From positions 1,653,927 to 1,717,926 of the forward strand of contig OZ199838.1 of assembly GCA_964304625.1 (NCBI GenBank): 64,000 nucleotides of DNA, read 5' to 3'. The notes under the pieces were generated by a model. The model saw only the letters and a list, made by a program, of their open reading frames with translations. It had not been told where the DNA came from and made no database searches. Position 1 is the first letter of the stretch, and every line of letters starts with the position of its first letter. The stretch comes from Kudoa neothunni (lineage: Eukaryota > Animalia > Cnidaria). The translations under genes were made by a program, and so were the position numbers. Below, one piece after another: positions 36,568-49,747 of the stretch.

Positions 36568-37749
36568 TTGAATAAACCTATTTTTGGAGGTCAATTCCGC
36601 ATTTTGTTCAGCTTTTGTACGTCTTAAAATAAAAGGCGCCACAATTTTCTGAAGTTCGTTGAGCTTATCTTGCCCCAAATTTCTTTTTATTTCTGACGCG
36701 TCTTTAAATAATCCCTAAAAAAATAAACAGGATTCAATCCATTTTAAAATTTTATTTAGACTATTGTAATAAAACATTCATTCGAATATCAACCTGAGTG
36801 ATTGAGTTAGAAAACTCATCTTCGAAAGTTTTTTTTTCCGCCAAACAAAGACCGACCATTAGAAACAAAGTTTACCAGATTGAACATTTCGAGAAGGTTG
36901 TTTTGTAGGGGAGTTCCGGTGATAGCAAGTCGGAATCCAGCCTTAATTTTGTGTATATTTCTTGAAGTTTTGGAGGAATTTCGGATTTTGTGAGATTCAT
37001 CCAATATAACGCAATCCTATTTATTAAGTTATTAAAATTTGAATAAATGAGCATATTCACCCATTGGAAGGGGGTGCAAAAATCATAGAGAGCGGAGCCT
37101 AACTGTTCCCAATTTTTACAAACCATACCTAACCCAATAAAATCTAATCAGTCTATATCACAACTTTTACCATAAGTTGTTAGGAGAATTCCAGAAGAAT
37201 TTCGGATATTCGATAGTTTGTTCTGGCGTTGTTTTTTTGTTCCCTCATATATTGAGTAAGTAACATGCGGAAACCTAACCAAAAACAATAAATTAATTTA
37301 AATAAAACATTTAAATATAAACCAAGATCCTAATTCAGAAATCCAATTTTCTATGAGAGATTTCGGCAAAACCATTAGTATAGTTCTTATTTTGTGTTGC
37401 TGATAGAGACAATTCAGAAAGCACAAAACTTGTATTGTCTTTCCTAGACTATTGGAGATTGATTCCATACAACCAAATATCGATGCGTTATTACCCCATG
37501 TCATCAGCAAGAATAGCACCGCCAATTTTTGAACTGAATTTTTTCACTAACCATTCCACTCCGAATTTTTGGTAATCATAAAGTTTATCGACAATACAGG
37601 ATGGAAGACCTGATACTACCAGAAATTTTTTAGTTGACGATATTTGATTTATTTCTAAATTAAATAAAAATTTACTCTGCGAAAAATACATCAAAAGAGG
37701 AGAAACCTCCCATATTATCTCCGGCATATTCATCCGAATTATTGATCAT
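32468..37749 (-). CDS. ERCC6L: SNF2-family DNA translocase ERCC6L/PICH, multi-exon
   Basis: [101 protein letters not shown]...DPCRYFS, and a C-terminal TPR-like helix pair (YEYVRKA...[11 protein letters not shown]) typical of PICH. One ~1.3-kb intron (~34023-35357). Start codon tentative. Confidence 0.88.
36533..36563. repeat. (TA)n microsatellite in an ERCC6L intron
   Basis: About 15 TA units. Confidence 0.9.
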
Positions 37750-39049
37750 TGTTATCTGCTTTTATAGTAGATTATTTTTAGGTGAACTGATAAAAATCGT
37801 CCAGCCGATTATAAAATTTTAGCAGAACGCGGATGCGGGTAAAAGCGACTGTAAACCGAACCGCGTAAACGTCAAAAGATAATACCGCTAATGCTTACAT
37901 TGCGACCAACTCCGAATAATTTTATACATACATAATTAATAGAACTGATTTCCTTGTTTGAAAATTATTTTCTAGGGTTAATAATATTAAATTTTTAGGC
38001 TTAAACCAGAAATTCATTGTGGATTAAGATTTTTTAAAGCACGTGGCATAAAAGTCACCTGTTTTAAAATATTTAAGTTTTTGGTCACAAGAATTTACAA
38101 GTACAATAAATTTTAAATTTGGCGTATGAATTTTTCGAGTTTAATTTGACAAGCAAAAAATCAAGTAAATCACATGGCGCGTGCGTGCTATGCTAAAATT
38201 TTTGCGAATGACTATCTAGCTTTGATTTTTAATTTCTGTTTGTGTTTACGTTGATTAATTTATTGATATAAGAATGCAAAGAAAATATTTATATGGGAAT
38301 ATTAATAGTAAATGTCAAACAAGTGATTAATATCGCGCTTGTTATTTATATAGTATAATTTATACTGTTAGAAAAATATCATTTTTCATGTTAAAATCTG
38401 TTTTCTTTAAATGTTAATCATTAAAATGAGTTTTATATGGTAAGCTTATTTATTTTTGTGTATTATCTCAATTTTGTCCAGGTCCATATATATCCGTCTG
38501 TTACGATATCTAAATATAATTTAGAATCAGACAATAAATCAATAAAAAAATATTCTTTCAAAGTAAGAATTTTATGATAATATTAATTGATTTAATAAGT
38601 GAATTTTCATGATGAAATACAATTTTTCTGTTTCGTTCTTTCTGTAAATCTATGATTTATTGGAGAAATCCTTAATAGCTTACGATTCAATCTTCCCTCA
38701 ATTTATTTTTGTATTAAATTTGGATATTTCTGATTATATATGTATGTATGTATGTATGTCTTGATTTTGAAGATTGGAAAATAGTTGCCTGCCCACAAAT
38801 TTCCTTCAAATTATGGATTACGTCAAAGTCCTTTTGTTGGGGAAGAAAATTTTTATAATTTCTGGTAACAAGTTAATTCATTATCTGCAAATAAATCTCT
38901 GCAGTAACTTAAATCCTTCACAAAATATCTGCGTCAATCATTATTGCTTTCTTGGTTACTAAAAGTGGAGAGATATTTTTTATTTTTCTCTCAAGATTTG
39001 AGCCGATTATAGATGTCTTCAATATTAACCTTCCGACGACTTTGGGATA

Positions 39050-40125
39050 AAATTGACCCTCAATTCTAATTAACACCAATATCACACTTTGTGCGCTCTT
39101 TAAAATTTCTCTATTTTTATCTATTTTCCTAAATTTTTTTGGTTGTTAAATGAGAAACTATTCAATTCTCAAGGCGGAAAGCAATTATGTAAATTTTTAA
39201 AAAATTAGGTTCGAATTATCTAATCATTTGAACAATTCTTACATTTTTCGGTAAATCTTCCCTACCTTCTGATAAACTGAATGGTTCAGATAATGGCTCC
39301 TCACGATCCATGTGCATAGCTATTAGAATGAGGATACCCGAATAACCGTTCAAATCAGTATAGTCTATATTTATACAATCATTCTTTAAATGATTTTCCC
39401 CCCAAAAATTAATATGATCGATCACTTTTTACAGATAATTTCAGAAAAAAATATGACAAAACAATCTAAAATATTATGAATCCCTTGATACCAATGAGTG
39501 ATAAAACCAGAAGATAGGTTCAAAATGCTTTTTGTTTGAGATATTTTGAGATTCCAAGAAATTCCAGATTTACTAACATTCAAATTTCCAATTATTCTTG
39601 TCTCCATTGATTCACTTGAATCTTCTGATGGTTCCAAAAAGTAGTCGTCAGACATGCTGTCTTGTTATTCTAGTTCATTACTGAATTTGCTATAATCATT
39701 CATCGATATTTATTGAGTTAGATTTGAACAGGGGATTACATTTTGTTAAATTCAGGAAACAAACAAAAAAAGTATGATGACCTTCGTGAAAATAAATAAT
39801 TTTTGTTTCCAAAAAATAACATAAAAATATTTTTTCAAGGAAACCCCCAATCTTATTATTTTAAACAAAAAATTAGTTGCTAAATAGTGGCTTATATTTT
39901 ACGATCACTTACTAAAAGCCTACGAATAAATACGTAAAGGATTTAACAGGATTAATTGTTATATTTCATGTCGTTTTACTAGAACCTCCTCAATAGATAT
40001 CAAAGAAAATACCAGAAAATTGAATAAATAAAAATTAGTGTAATTACTTTATCAAGTAATAATCTGGGGTAAGTTGACCCCCAAAATACCTCCAAGGATG
40101 TTTGTCAGCGACTTTAGGCGGTTAA
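39050..40125 (-). mobile_element. piggyBac transposase N-terminal relic with terminal repeat
   Basis: Acidic N-terminus, then FVIFFSEII..IDHIN...IDYTDLNGYSGILILIAM...LSEPFSLSEGR (PGBD-like). GGGGTAAGTTGACCCC palindrome at ~40066 and a GGTTAA end at ~40125. Confidence 0.65.
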
Positions 40126-41278
40126 TATATTTTTTACTTTCAATTATAATTAGATTAGTCTAAGAGTTGAAATTTATTTTTCTCCGCTTTTTCGGAAGGG
40201 ATGATATTGAAGGGTGACTAACTATTACGAATTTAAATTGAATTTACGTTGTTACACTATCTTATATATCACTATGATCTAAAGAAACTCTTATTTTATC
40301 AGAACCTAATTGTGGCTAATTTCACTGCTCTATTGCATGTATTTGTTATTGAAACTTGTTTGAAATATCGTCATATTGGGCTTTTAAATATACGATTGAA
40401 GGGATTAATCAATTTTAAATTTCAAGCGGCTACTTAAACGCTGGAACATATCATTAAATTACTTCAAACATTAATTTCCTTCGGATTTTAATCTTTATTA
40501 TTTACACATATAGCTAAATTAAAACAAACAATTTCGAATTTAACCTAAAAATAGAGAAAAAATCTCCAACTGCGCCATTCGAGGTTCTATTGTAATGAAA
40601 ACAATTTTGCTATTCCGAAAATATTTTAAATAAAAGAAATAACATTGTACTAAGTAGAATATTACTACCAAAAATACAAATCAGCAACTTTAATGAATAG
40701 TTATATCGAAGTAAAAAGTTAACAACTTTAATGCCAAAAAGAATAAACATTTTAAAATAATGAAAAAATATTTGTGTACTATTATATAATATTCATTTAA
40801 ATTACTTTAAATGTAAATATTAGTTATACTAAAACGTGATTTTAATCACTCCTATTTTCGCTTTTCATATTTTCAAAATAAGCGCTTACCTATCAGATCA
40901 GTTATATTAAATTAAGGCAAATCTCAGCGATTGATAATGGCTGTGATAATTAGTTAAGATTTTACATACAGAATTCAATTCTGAATGGGAAAATACTAGA
41001 TAGGCTTGTTGGTTAAGTCCAATAAATCCTTTATTCATATTTAACTACAAATTATTCAAAATAAAAAACAAACATCCTTCAATTCATTAATTAATTAATT
41101 AATAAATTAATTAATTAATACCACAATTAAGACTATATTATTACTTTAAGTAGAAAGTTTAAAAAACACCAGTATTTAAAGCATGAATATAACAAAAGAG
41201 TCTATCATTACGGCAGAAATATATTGTTGAAACAATATTCACAGAAAACACACTATAACTACTCAAACTAAAAGACCG

Positions 41279-42757
41279 TCAATCAACAAGGTCATTATTG
41301 GCAAAATCAGACGACAGCACTAACAACGGAAACAATACTGAAGCATCACCGGTAACTTTTACACGTTGAGCATCAGTTCTAATTTTACCCCATGAAACAG
41401 CCTCCTCTGGCGAAGCGCCGGAGTCGCTACCATCATATTCCGACGATGTATTAATATACACTGCATAGTTGGCACCATTCCTCTAAATTTACACACTCAC
41501 ATGAAGCATTGTGTTATTTTTCAAGAGGTCTATTTACCATTAGATTGGCATTGCAAACGTGATGTTTTGAAACTCCACCGCCCAAAATAATCATACCAGT
41601 ATTTTTGCTGAACTTGGCTATATTGTTAAGAGCTCTTAAATCTTGAAAAAAATTTAATACTAATACAACAATATTTGGTGTAATACCCTCAACAATGTCG
41701 ATAATTAAACCAGGGTTTTTAATCGAATTGAAGTATATCATATCACCCAGAGCACCATCAGTAAGCGCGGGACAAAAAACCGGAATATCATTCTAAAACA
41801 GGTCGTCCTCACATATATATTTTCAGTCAAACAACCCACTTTATAAGCCCAATAATATATGGAATCAGGATTGTCGATTTTCATACCCAAATAGCGTATA
41901 ATACGAGAAGGGGTCCATAGTTGGTTGGATTCTTTCTGTTGTCGAATCATTTCATTGAGGTGAGGAGTGAGCCAATCTTCAAATTCGGAATAGCTTTCTG
42001 AGGACACCAACAAATTTCCAATACGATTCAAAAGTTGTGAACGCAGCTCACCGCCATCCATTGTAAAATCACCAAAGATAGTGGGTGCCATGCATTTCAC
42101 AAAATCTTCTTCGATTCCTCCTGCCGATGTCACCAATACATCCACCTACGACATACCACATTACAAGTTCAGTAAATCGGCACACAGCTTGTTGATCTAC
42201 CAGTTTATTTTTCACAAGATATCGAATATATTCACGTACACCACACGAAACCATATTCGAAGTGTACCCAAGAAATATGGTACAAGACGTTTGAGGAATG
42301 TAAGGTCGATACTCACATTGAAATTCAGCCTCCAAGTGTTCATTTCTTGTTTTCAACTATTCATAAAATAATAATTTAGCAATAGCTGTTCAATGTAACA
42401 AATGCAATTAGTGAGAAAGAACTCGATAATTCAAAAAAATTAAAAAAAAGTCGATTAAAAACTACCATGTTGTTGCAAATGTCCACGGCAGTAGCTAAAT
42501 TAGTAGCCTGAAATCCCGTACTTTTACATCCATTAATAAAATCTTTAAAATTTTTTACACCTTTTTTCGGATCATATCCCCTAACTATTTCCGAATCGGT
42601 CATGTTGAAAAAAAGGAACAGGCAGAACACAAACCTGCGCATTGCCACATCTCCCTACTATATCTTGGAGAGGTTCCTATGACCGTGATAAATTTCACAC
42701 AATATAAACCTTAGTTTGATTGCTCTCAGTCTTAACTATCCTTAATAACGATATCAT
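41279..42757 (-). CDS. DHPS: Deoxyhypusine synthase, multi-exon
   Basis: [101 protein letters not shown] (active-site Lys present). The 5' end is uncertain because of a possible homopolymer frameshift at 42608-42614. Confidence 0.95.
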
Positions 42758-43959
42758 TGCATGCAGTGAATTATGGAGGCTAATTAAATTCCATGTCACA
42801 TTATAAAGCGTGAGTTTTGAAATACGATTTATTTGATTATTTTACTTGTAAATTTTTTAAAAGAGTTTTTCCAAACAATTAATATTAAGATGAACGATTC
42901 TATAACAGGAACAATCACATTTTTATAAAACGCAGAGTAGGACATTGTAGATTGGTCCCTATTCCAATTTAATGGCTCTAGAGGAATGTTTTACGTTTGA
43001 GAAAAAAACATATCAAAAACTAAATGCTAAAATCTTAGAATGTGGCGAATATTGGAATGTACGAAGAAACACACATCTGAAGCCCCTTATCAGCCGGTAG
43101 TACTCGAGTGTGTATGTTCGACATTCGAGTACTCAAGATCGTGGATAGGGCCTCACGCATTCGTCTATATGTAGCCCGTTTTTCTTCCTTGTTTTTTGCT
43201 TTTTAAAATAGTTATTGATATCACATTAAAATCAAGGTTAAAGTGCAGAACAGGTCGGTGGATTAGCAGTTAATCACATTATGGGATTAGCCTCATTAAT
43301 AGTAACCCTTAAGTTGCGGGATTCTTTGCGAACCTTAGAAATGAACGTCAATGAGTTTGATTTCGAACGTTTTGATATTGATAACTTAGATCAAATAAAT
43401 GAGAGAGATATTCCACACTTTCATCGGAATAGAGTAGGGTTCGCGAAGATGATGCATAAATAATTATTGTTTCTATTGCCAAAAATGCGGAATGGAATCC
43501 TAGTTACGCTCAGGAAAATTTTTTGAAAAGGCCAAACTGGACTTGGATCAAATATTCCTAATAATTCTTTGTATTGTCGCTATAAAAATTCAATGATAAA
43601 ATGATTATAACTTTTTTATAATTAAAATAAATTAACCGACAAAATATATAAACTACAAAAAGTGATAATTTATTGTAATTTTTTTCTAAAAGGTTCATAG
43701 TCGGTATACCAAAAATGATAGAAAAGATAATTTATAATTAGATGTGTAAGGTTTAATGAAATGTCTGAGTCGTATAATTTGGAGCTTAAAGTACAGTTTC
43801 TCCCCGCCTTTGATACACTTCGCAACATGCTTCCTAATATATATTCTTTTGAAAATATTGATAATCTTAACTTTAGGATATCTGTCAATTCATATCGAAT
43901 CAAGAAGATTTAACAGATTTTTTCCTGAACGTTGGTCTTCTTCCTAGATCAAGGAATTG

Positions 43960-44720
43960 TATATGTGGAAGCATAATGAAACTTTCAGCTAGAAACTAAT
44001 GTGCTGATAGATACAGTTTTCGCTGGTGTTATTAAACATGCAGAACTTAATATTCGTAGTGGAAAGATACATTCTTTTACCAATCTCAACTTTCTCTATA
44101 CCAGCTCCTCAAATTATTGTATTTATGGAGCGTTGGAGCAACTGAACAATCTTTTCTAATGAAGGAACTTCGAGTTGATTCAAATTCAACGATTGTAGAT
44201 TGGGAAAACTTTATTCGCGATCTATGTTTGGGTCATTTCCTACCACATCCGAATAAAGTTGGTGGACCTGGTATGAAAGCACAAATTAATGAAAGTCGAA
44301 TTTGTAACGGAAAATTTGGGGTTGGTAGAATTCTCCGAAACCAATGTCTTTGGATAGTTGGTGGTGTGGATGAGGAAGGTAGAGTTTTCATGGTGGAAAC
44401 TGAAAAGAGAGATGCTCCTTCATTCATTCTGATGGATGGTCGGGATATAATTCTCTCTCTCTCACTTAGGTTACATTTATGTTCACGAAACTACGATACA
44501 TGATAGGGAATTTATCTCTTCTTCTGGAGTCCATACCAACCGAATTGAGGGTATACGGAGTACTTCAAAAGAAACTACCGTTCGGTTACTAATAAAAAAA
44601 ACAGATGGTTGCATCCTACATTGCTGAATGAATGTTCACGAGAATGCACCGAAATAACATTTTTTCTAAACTTATTATTGCGATTAAACAAGTTTACGTT
44701 TTTTAAGACACACATTTTTT
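43960..44720 (+). pseudogene. Merlin/ISXO2-like transposase relic
   Basis: TIVDWENFIRDLC...VGGPG...QINESRIC..KFGVGRIL...WIVGG, then GVHTNRIEG downstream in another frame. Confidence 0.82.
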
Positions 44721-46905
44721 TAAAAGTATGATTGTTTTCAGTGAATTTTATAGCACAAATCTTGTTATTCATTATTTGTCTTATGAGCGTTAGAATTTTT
44801 CCATGAGGCAGTTAATTTCTAGCCCCATAAAAATGTAATGGTATATTTTTTACGATCAAATTTTTAATTCCCCCAAATAATGCTTTAACTGCGTTTTCCT
44901 GGTTCAACAATACAAAAAATAACCTTATAAAAATCTTCCAGTATTTATAGAAATATTTTTAAAGTGCCGCATCATTATAAGTTGATTTGAGGATGAGTGT
45001 ATTATTCATTTTAAACATTGAAAACATTTGAATGTGAAAAAATAAAAGTAGATGCTTTTAACGTTGAAAGATTCATAAAAAGACTCAATAAATAATCCAG
45101 TTTTGAACTTTTCCTAAGGATGAGAATATGTTTTAAAAATAAAATTTGCCAAGTTTAGTTTGGATTTATCACAATATCAAACAACATTCATAGTTGATTG
45201 TTATATATGGTGACAGTGTAAAAGTAGTAAAATAACTTGTGCTAAATTCCTTGATCTTCTCATACAAACATTTATCATGAATTATTCCTTTATTGAATTC
45301 TTCAAATTAATATAATCAATTTATTTAAAAAAAATTCTTAATATTCAAGATTTCTCGATAATATTAGACACATTTATAAGTTTTAAAAGATTAAACGATA
45401 TGTAATCGGAAAAAATTTCTAATATGAGGGAAAATTCATGAGTATCTATAGAATATCATTTTAAATTATTATTTAAAAGTTATATAAACTAAAATATAAC
45501 GTCTCATTTAAGAAAACGTATCTAATAACATTTTGTACAATTTTATTAAAATGGTAAACATCTACGATCAAATATCAAATGAGTTTTTTATGACATTAAC
45601 AATTGGTTTAGAGATATTACGATAAAGTAATGATGAAATATTTTAAAAACCGATATAAACTCAAAATACAAACTTTTATAATTATTTAGCGGGGCAAACC
45701 AAAATTAAACATGGTGTACGTGTGATAAAAGCAATAATAGTTGATGACACGTTAACGTCATTTAATGGAAACTTTAATTTAACTATGTATTCTGGGACGA
45801 ATATCTATATTTATCAGAGTAAATAGGAATAGATAATAACGAGATAGAGCGCTTCCTTAACGAATTTATATGAACATCGTGTATGGCAACATCGATCGAC
45901 TTCCCCCGAAGGGGTGGGAGGAACTGTACTTTAAACAATTTTTTGCCTTACAGATTGGCGCCCTAACAAAAAATTGTGTTAACATACGAAAGTGTATTCC
46001 TCAACAATGTGCTAAGCTAATTTTGCGCTGGCAGCAAATTGATTGTATAGTATGTTAAATTCAAAATTCGGCCTTATAAGATAAAAATGCCGCAAATTAT
46101 GGCATACGAAATCTCGCGCGGAATTTGCTATTGGCATGATAACTAATTTTCAGGTGGCACTAGTTTTGACTGTAATTAATTATTTTTGATTCCTAAGATC
46201 AAAATGGTGGGCCAGAAATAATTAAATATTGCATATTCTAAAAGATTAAATCTGTAGACAGCTTGTGAGTAAGAGTTGATAGGATTAGAATTTACCGTAT
46301 GAATAATCTCTGTCATAACTGAACCAGTATAAAACCTTAAAGTAAATATGAATTGAACTTTCATGCTAAGGGGGAAAATTTGAAAAAAAAAACGGTTGAG
46401 AATCCCTGATTTAGAGAATTCACCAATCGCATGCGCAGGTTGCATTTTGACCTTGAAATACTCTATTACAGTTATTAGAATTATTAGATAGATATCGTTT
46501 TTATCATGATAATGATATAGAAAATGTAATATATAATCTAAAACTTGTAAAAATGTAGTTTTATTCCACAGTTAGAACTAATTTCAAAATAAGATAAAAA
46601 ATATTATTCATTTCTCAATTAAATAGACAAGTTAATCTTGAATACAACAAAATTGCATTCACCGTAGTGTACTGTATATTCTATAAAAAATCTTTATTTT
46701 AATTCTAGTTCTACAGATTCTGCATTATATATACGTAAACATATTCCATCCAAATTTTAACAAAACTATTTTCCGTATTCTGATAAATTATAATAGAACT
46801 AAACGGCAACAAAGTAACAAAAATGTAGCAAACAGCAGGTGCATTGCAACAGACAAATGCACGTGGACGCTGGAGTGTCGGCAAACTCGTTTTAATCTTT
46901 GACAA

Positions 46906-48776
46906 ATGGATCCAGAAAACGATACTACAGGTGATATAAATTATCAAGTAAAGTTTGAATCGCATGAGAAATGGTATTTACACAACAATGAGAAAATAAG
47001 ATAATTGAAATAAATAGTTATCAATTGAAGAATAACACTTTTTCGATTTCTGGCCATTTGTCGGCGGATGGTTTGGACGAACTTCTCAATCGAATGCTTA
47101 CTACAGGTAGAAAATCTTAAATTTACATGTTATATTATTTCTACTGTTTACATTAAGAAAATGTTATTAGCGCGGATGACAAATCGCTCAAATTTGATTA
47201 TTTCATCAATAGTCGCTTGGTCGTTGAAACAATACATAGTTTTTGCCTTGACAGTGCCATTTCAAACGTATCAATCCAAAAATGATAATTTATCATTAAA
47301 TTTGATAAATAAATATTAATTAGGAAAATCAAATTGTAATTTTTTACAACAAAAAACGTACTCCTGCCAAACAAAAAACGTCAAAAGAACTACAGGATTG
47401 GATATTCTCAGTTGATCTGTATCAGAAATAGTATATTTAATGATTCATTTGTTTTAATTAGAATCTTATTTGGCGTGTTATAGTTTATTGGTAAGTTGTT
47501 TCGATGGGAACAGCTATATTTTCTCCGGTCAATCGAAAGAACCGATCGCGTTCACCAACAACAATACCCACCTCACAAATGCCGATGCTAAATTTATACC
47601 AGATACAATAGTTGACAACTTGCCATCAAAAAGCACTCCATCAAATGATTCTGCGATGTTTTTAGCAAGTGACTCAGAAAACAATATTTATTTGTACGAG
47701 GTGAAAAAGTTATATATTTTACATAGATTTTATCGTTATACTTATAGTTTTCCCCAAAAGATAATTCATTTCACAAGCTGTGCAAATATGTTGGTCATGA
47801 AAAACCTATCCAAACATTAGCAGTCGGCAGTCGTAACATATTTGCTAGCGGATCAGACGATAAAATGTTAAAATTGTGGAATTTATTCGCGGAGGAAAGC
47901 TCTGTTTCTGATGAGTCAACAAAACCCCAAAAGAGAACCCATTTAAAAGCTTCAAGTTCTTTGACTGCCATGGTATCTATTGTTTAATTATTGAAACAGC
48001 CAAACACCATTAAAATTTGTTATTTATCCTTCTTTGCATAGGCACCAATAATTACCTTTTCAGGCCACACTGATCGAATCAGTAAAGTACTGTGGTTGTC
48101 TGGCAAAGAAATAATCACTTCAAGTTGGGATTTCAGTGCAAGACTTTGGGATACAGACAAACAAACTACCAAAATCAATATTGTAATAATCGCTAGAACT
48201 TTAAACAGTTTGGTTGAACATGATTACTTTATGATTAAAATAAATAATTGATGATCTTTTGTGATTGATTAATGAAATATTTATTTCAAGGTCAGCCAAC
48301 ACGCTATTTTTGATATTGCTGTCAATCCCAATTCCACGAACACACTAGTAACTGCATCAGATAAAGTTGTTCAACAATGGGATATACGCTCGAGATGTAT
48401 TTATTATACACAGAAAATCTATTAATTCTTAGCTCGATATAGCGATATCACAATCCTATTCTTCTCTCTATAAGACATTAGTTAGTCAGGTTTGTTGGTC
48501 AAATTCTAGTTCGAACGAATTCCTATCAGGAGCTCATTATGGCCCGATTGCTTTGTGGGACACAAGGTATTTTAGCTATTTTATTTTTAATTATTTCTTT
48601 TTATCAATAGAAACAACAAAAACCCTGTTTCAGCTCTTCAAAAGATTAAAGGGAAATTGTTTACACTTGAATCTTTTGGAAATGTAAATCATTTTTTGTG
48701 GGTTTTTTTGAGATGATCGTTGTAGGATGTTTATTTCGGCGGGGATGATTGTAAATTGTACAATTTTAGTTTATGA
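46906..48776 (+). CDS. WDR12: Ribosome biogenesis protein WDR12/Ytm1 (NLE + WD40), ~11 exons
   Basis: YQVKFESHEKCYQLKNNTFSI...LDELLNRML...KFDYFINSRL...QDWIFSV (NLE to WD junction); FASGSDDKMLKLW, TFSGHTDRISKVLW, TSSWDFSARLWD; ends YFGGDDCKLYNFSL*. Confidence 0.88.
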
Positions 48777-49361
48777 CTTGGTTCGATAGTTTGAACTAGT
48801 GCTTGTGATTTTTCCTGTATTTTATGTTAGATTGATAGTTACTTTCTTGCATTTAACCAAATTTAAATCATTTTTTTAAAAATTCAATCAATGTTACTTG
48901 TAAAATCCAAACAAATTATAAAATGATTGTCTAATTTTAGTATTATATCGTAGAATTTAACTGATTTCATCGATTGATGAATAATTGATAAAGCAACTTA
49001 TTCTCCGCATTTAATATTCGACGTGAAGCTTGTCATAAAAATATTAAAAAATGAATTAAAACGATATCTAACTCAAATCAAAAATTTAAGTATATGTATA
49101 AAACTTATTAAAATTTTTTTTAATATAAATCGACTACTAATGATATCGGATAAAGTTTCCAATGTATTTTGACATTATTTCGAGAAAATGTTCACAAACC
49201 TAGGTTAAAGTGCGAAATTTTGTGATTCGTATCGAGAACTGAATAATTTAAATTTAATGTTGTGTTTTTCCTTCAAGAATTTTTCGATTTTTTTCAGGGG
49301 TTTTATCAGTTACTTTATTTATGGCTCCAGCTCCAAAATTTTATACGCTAATGGATTTAGA

Positions 49362-49550
49362 ACAGTGTTTCCCAATCTAAGGTTCGAGCACCAATTTCAG
49401 AGGCTCGGTAAGAACGTCTTTACTCAAAAACATAATTCTGTAATAATAATAATATCATAAATATTAGCCTACGTGTTTATTACACTTGGAGGTTCGTTTT
49501 CATTCAGCCTAGCTAAATGAGGACCCGTGAACCAAAAAGGTTGGGAAACG
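49362..49550. mobile_element. Small hAT-type MITE
   Basis: CAGTGTTTCCCAATCT...AGGTTGGGAAAC inverted ends. Confidence 0.5.
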
Positions 49551-49747
49551 AGGACTTGGAGTGATAAAACCAATAAGAATGTGGGTAAAAAGAATAATTA
49601 TTGAATTATAAATAACGAAAATTTACTATAATGATCAATTAAATAGCTGATTGATTTGTATATCAATGATAATGTTGATTTAACGCAAAAAAAAACAAAA
49701 AATGACAATATATGTGACTGAAAATATTATTTATAACGGGAAATATT

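Noticed and set aside
45900-45930. Helitron 3' hairpin (CCCCGAAGGGG)
   Set aside because: No CTRR terminus at the expected distance and no Rep/Hel remnant.
47905-47945. Hammerhead core CTGATGAG
   Set aside because: Lies inside a WDR12 coding exon with no stem II or GAAAC partner.
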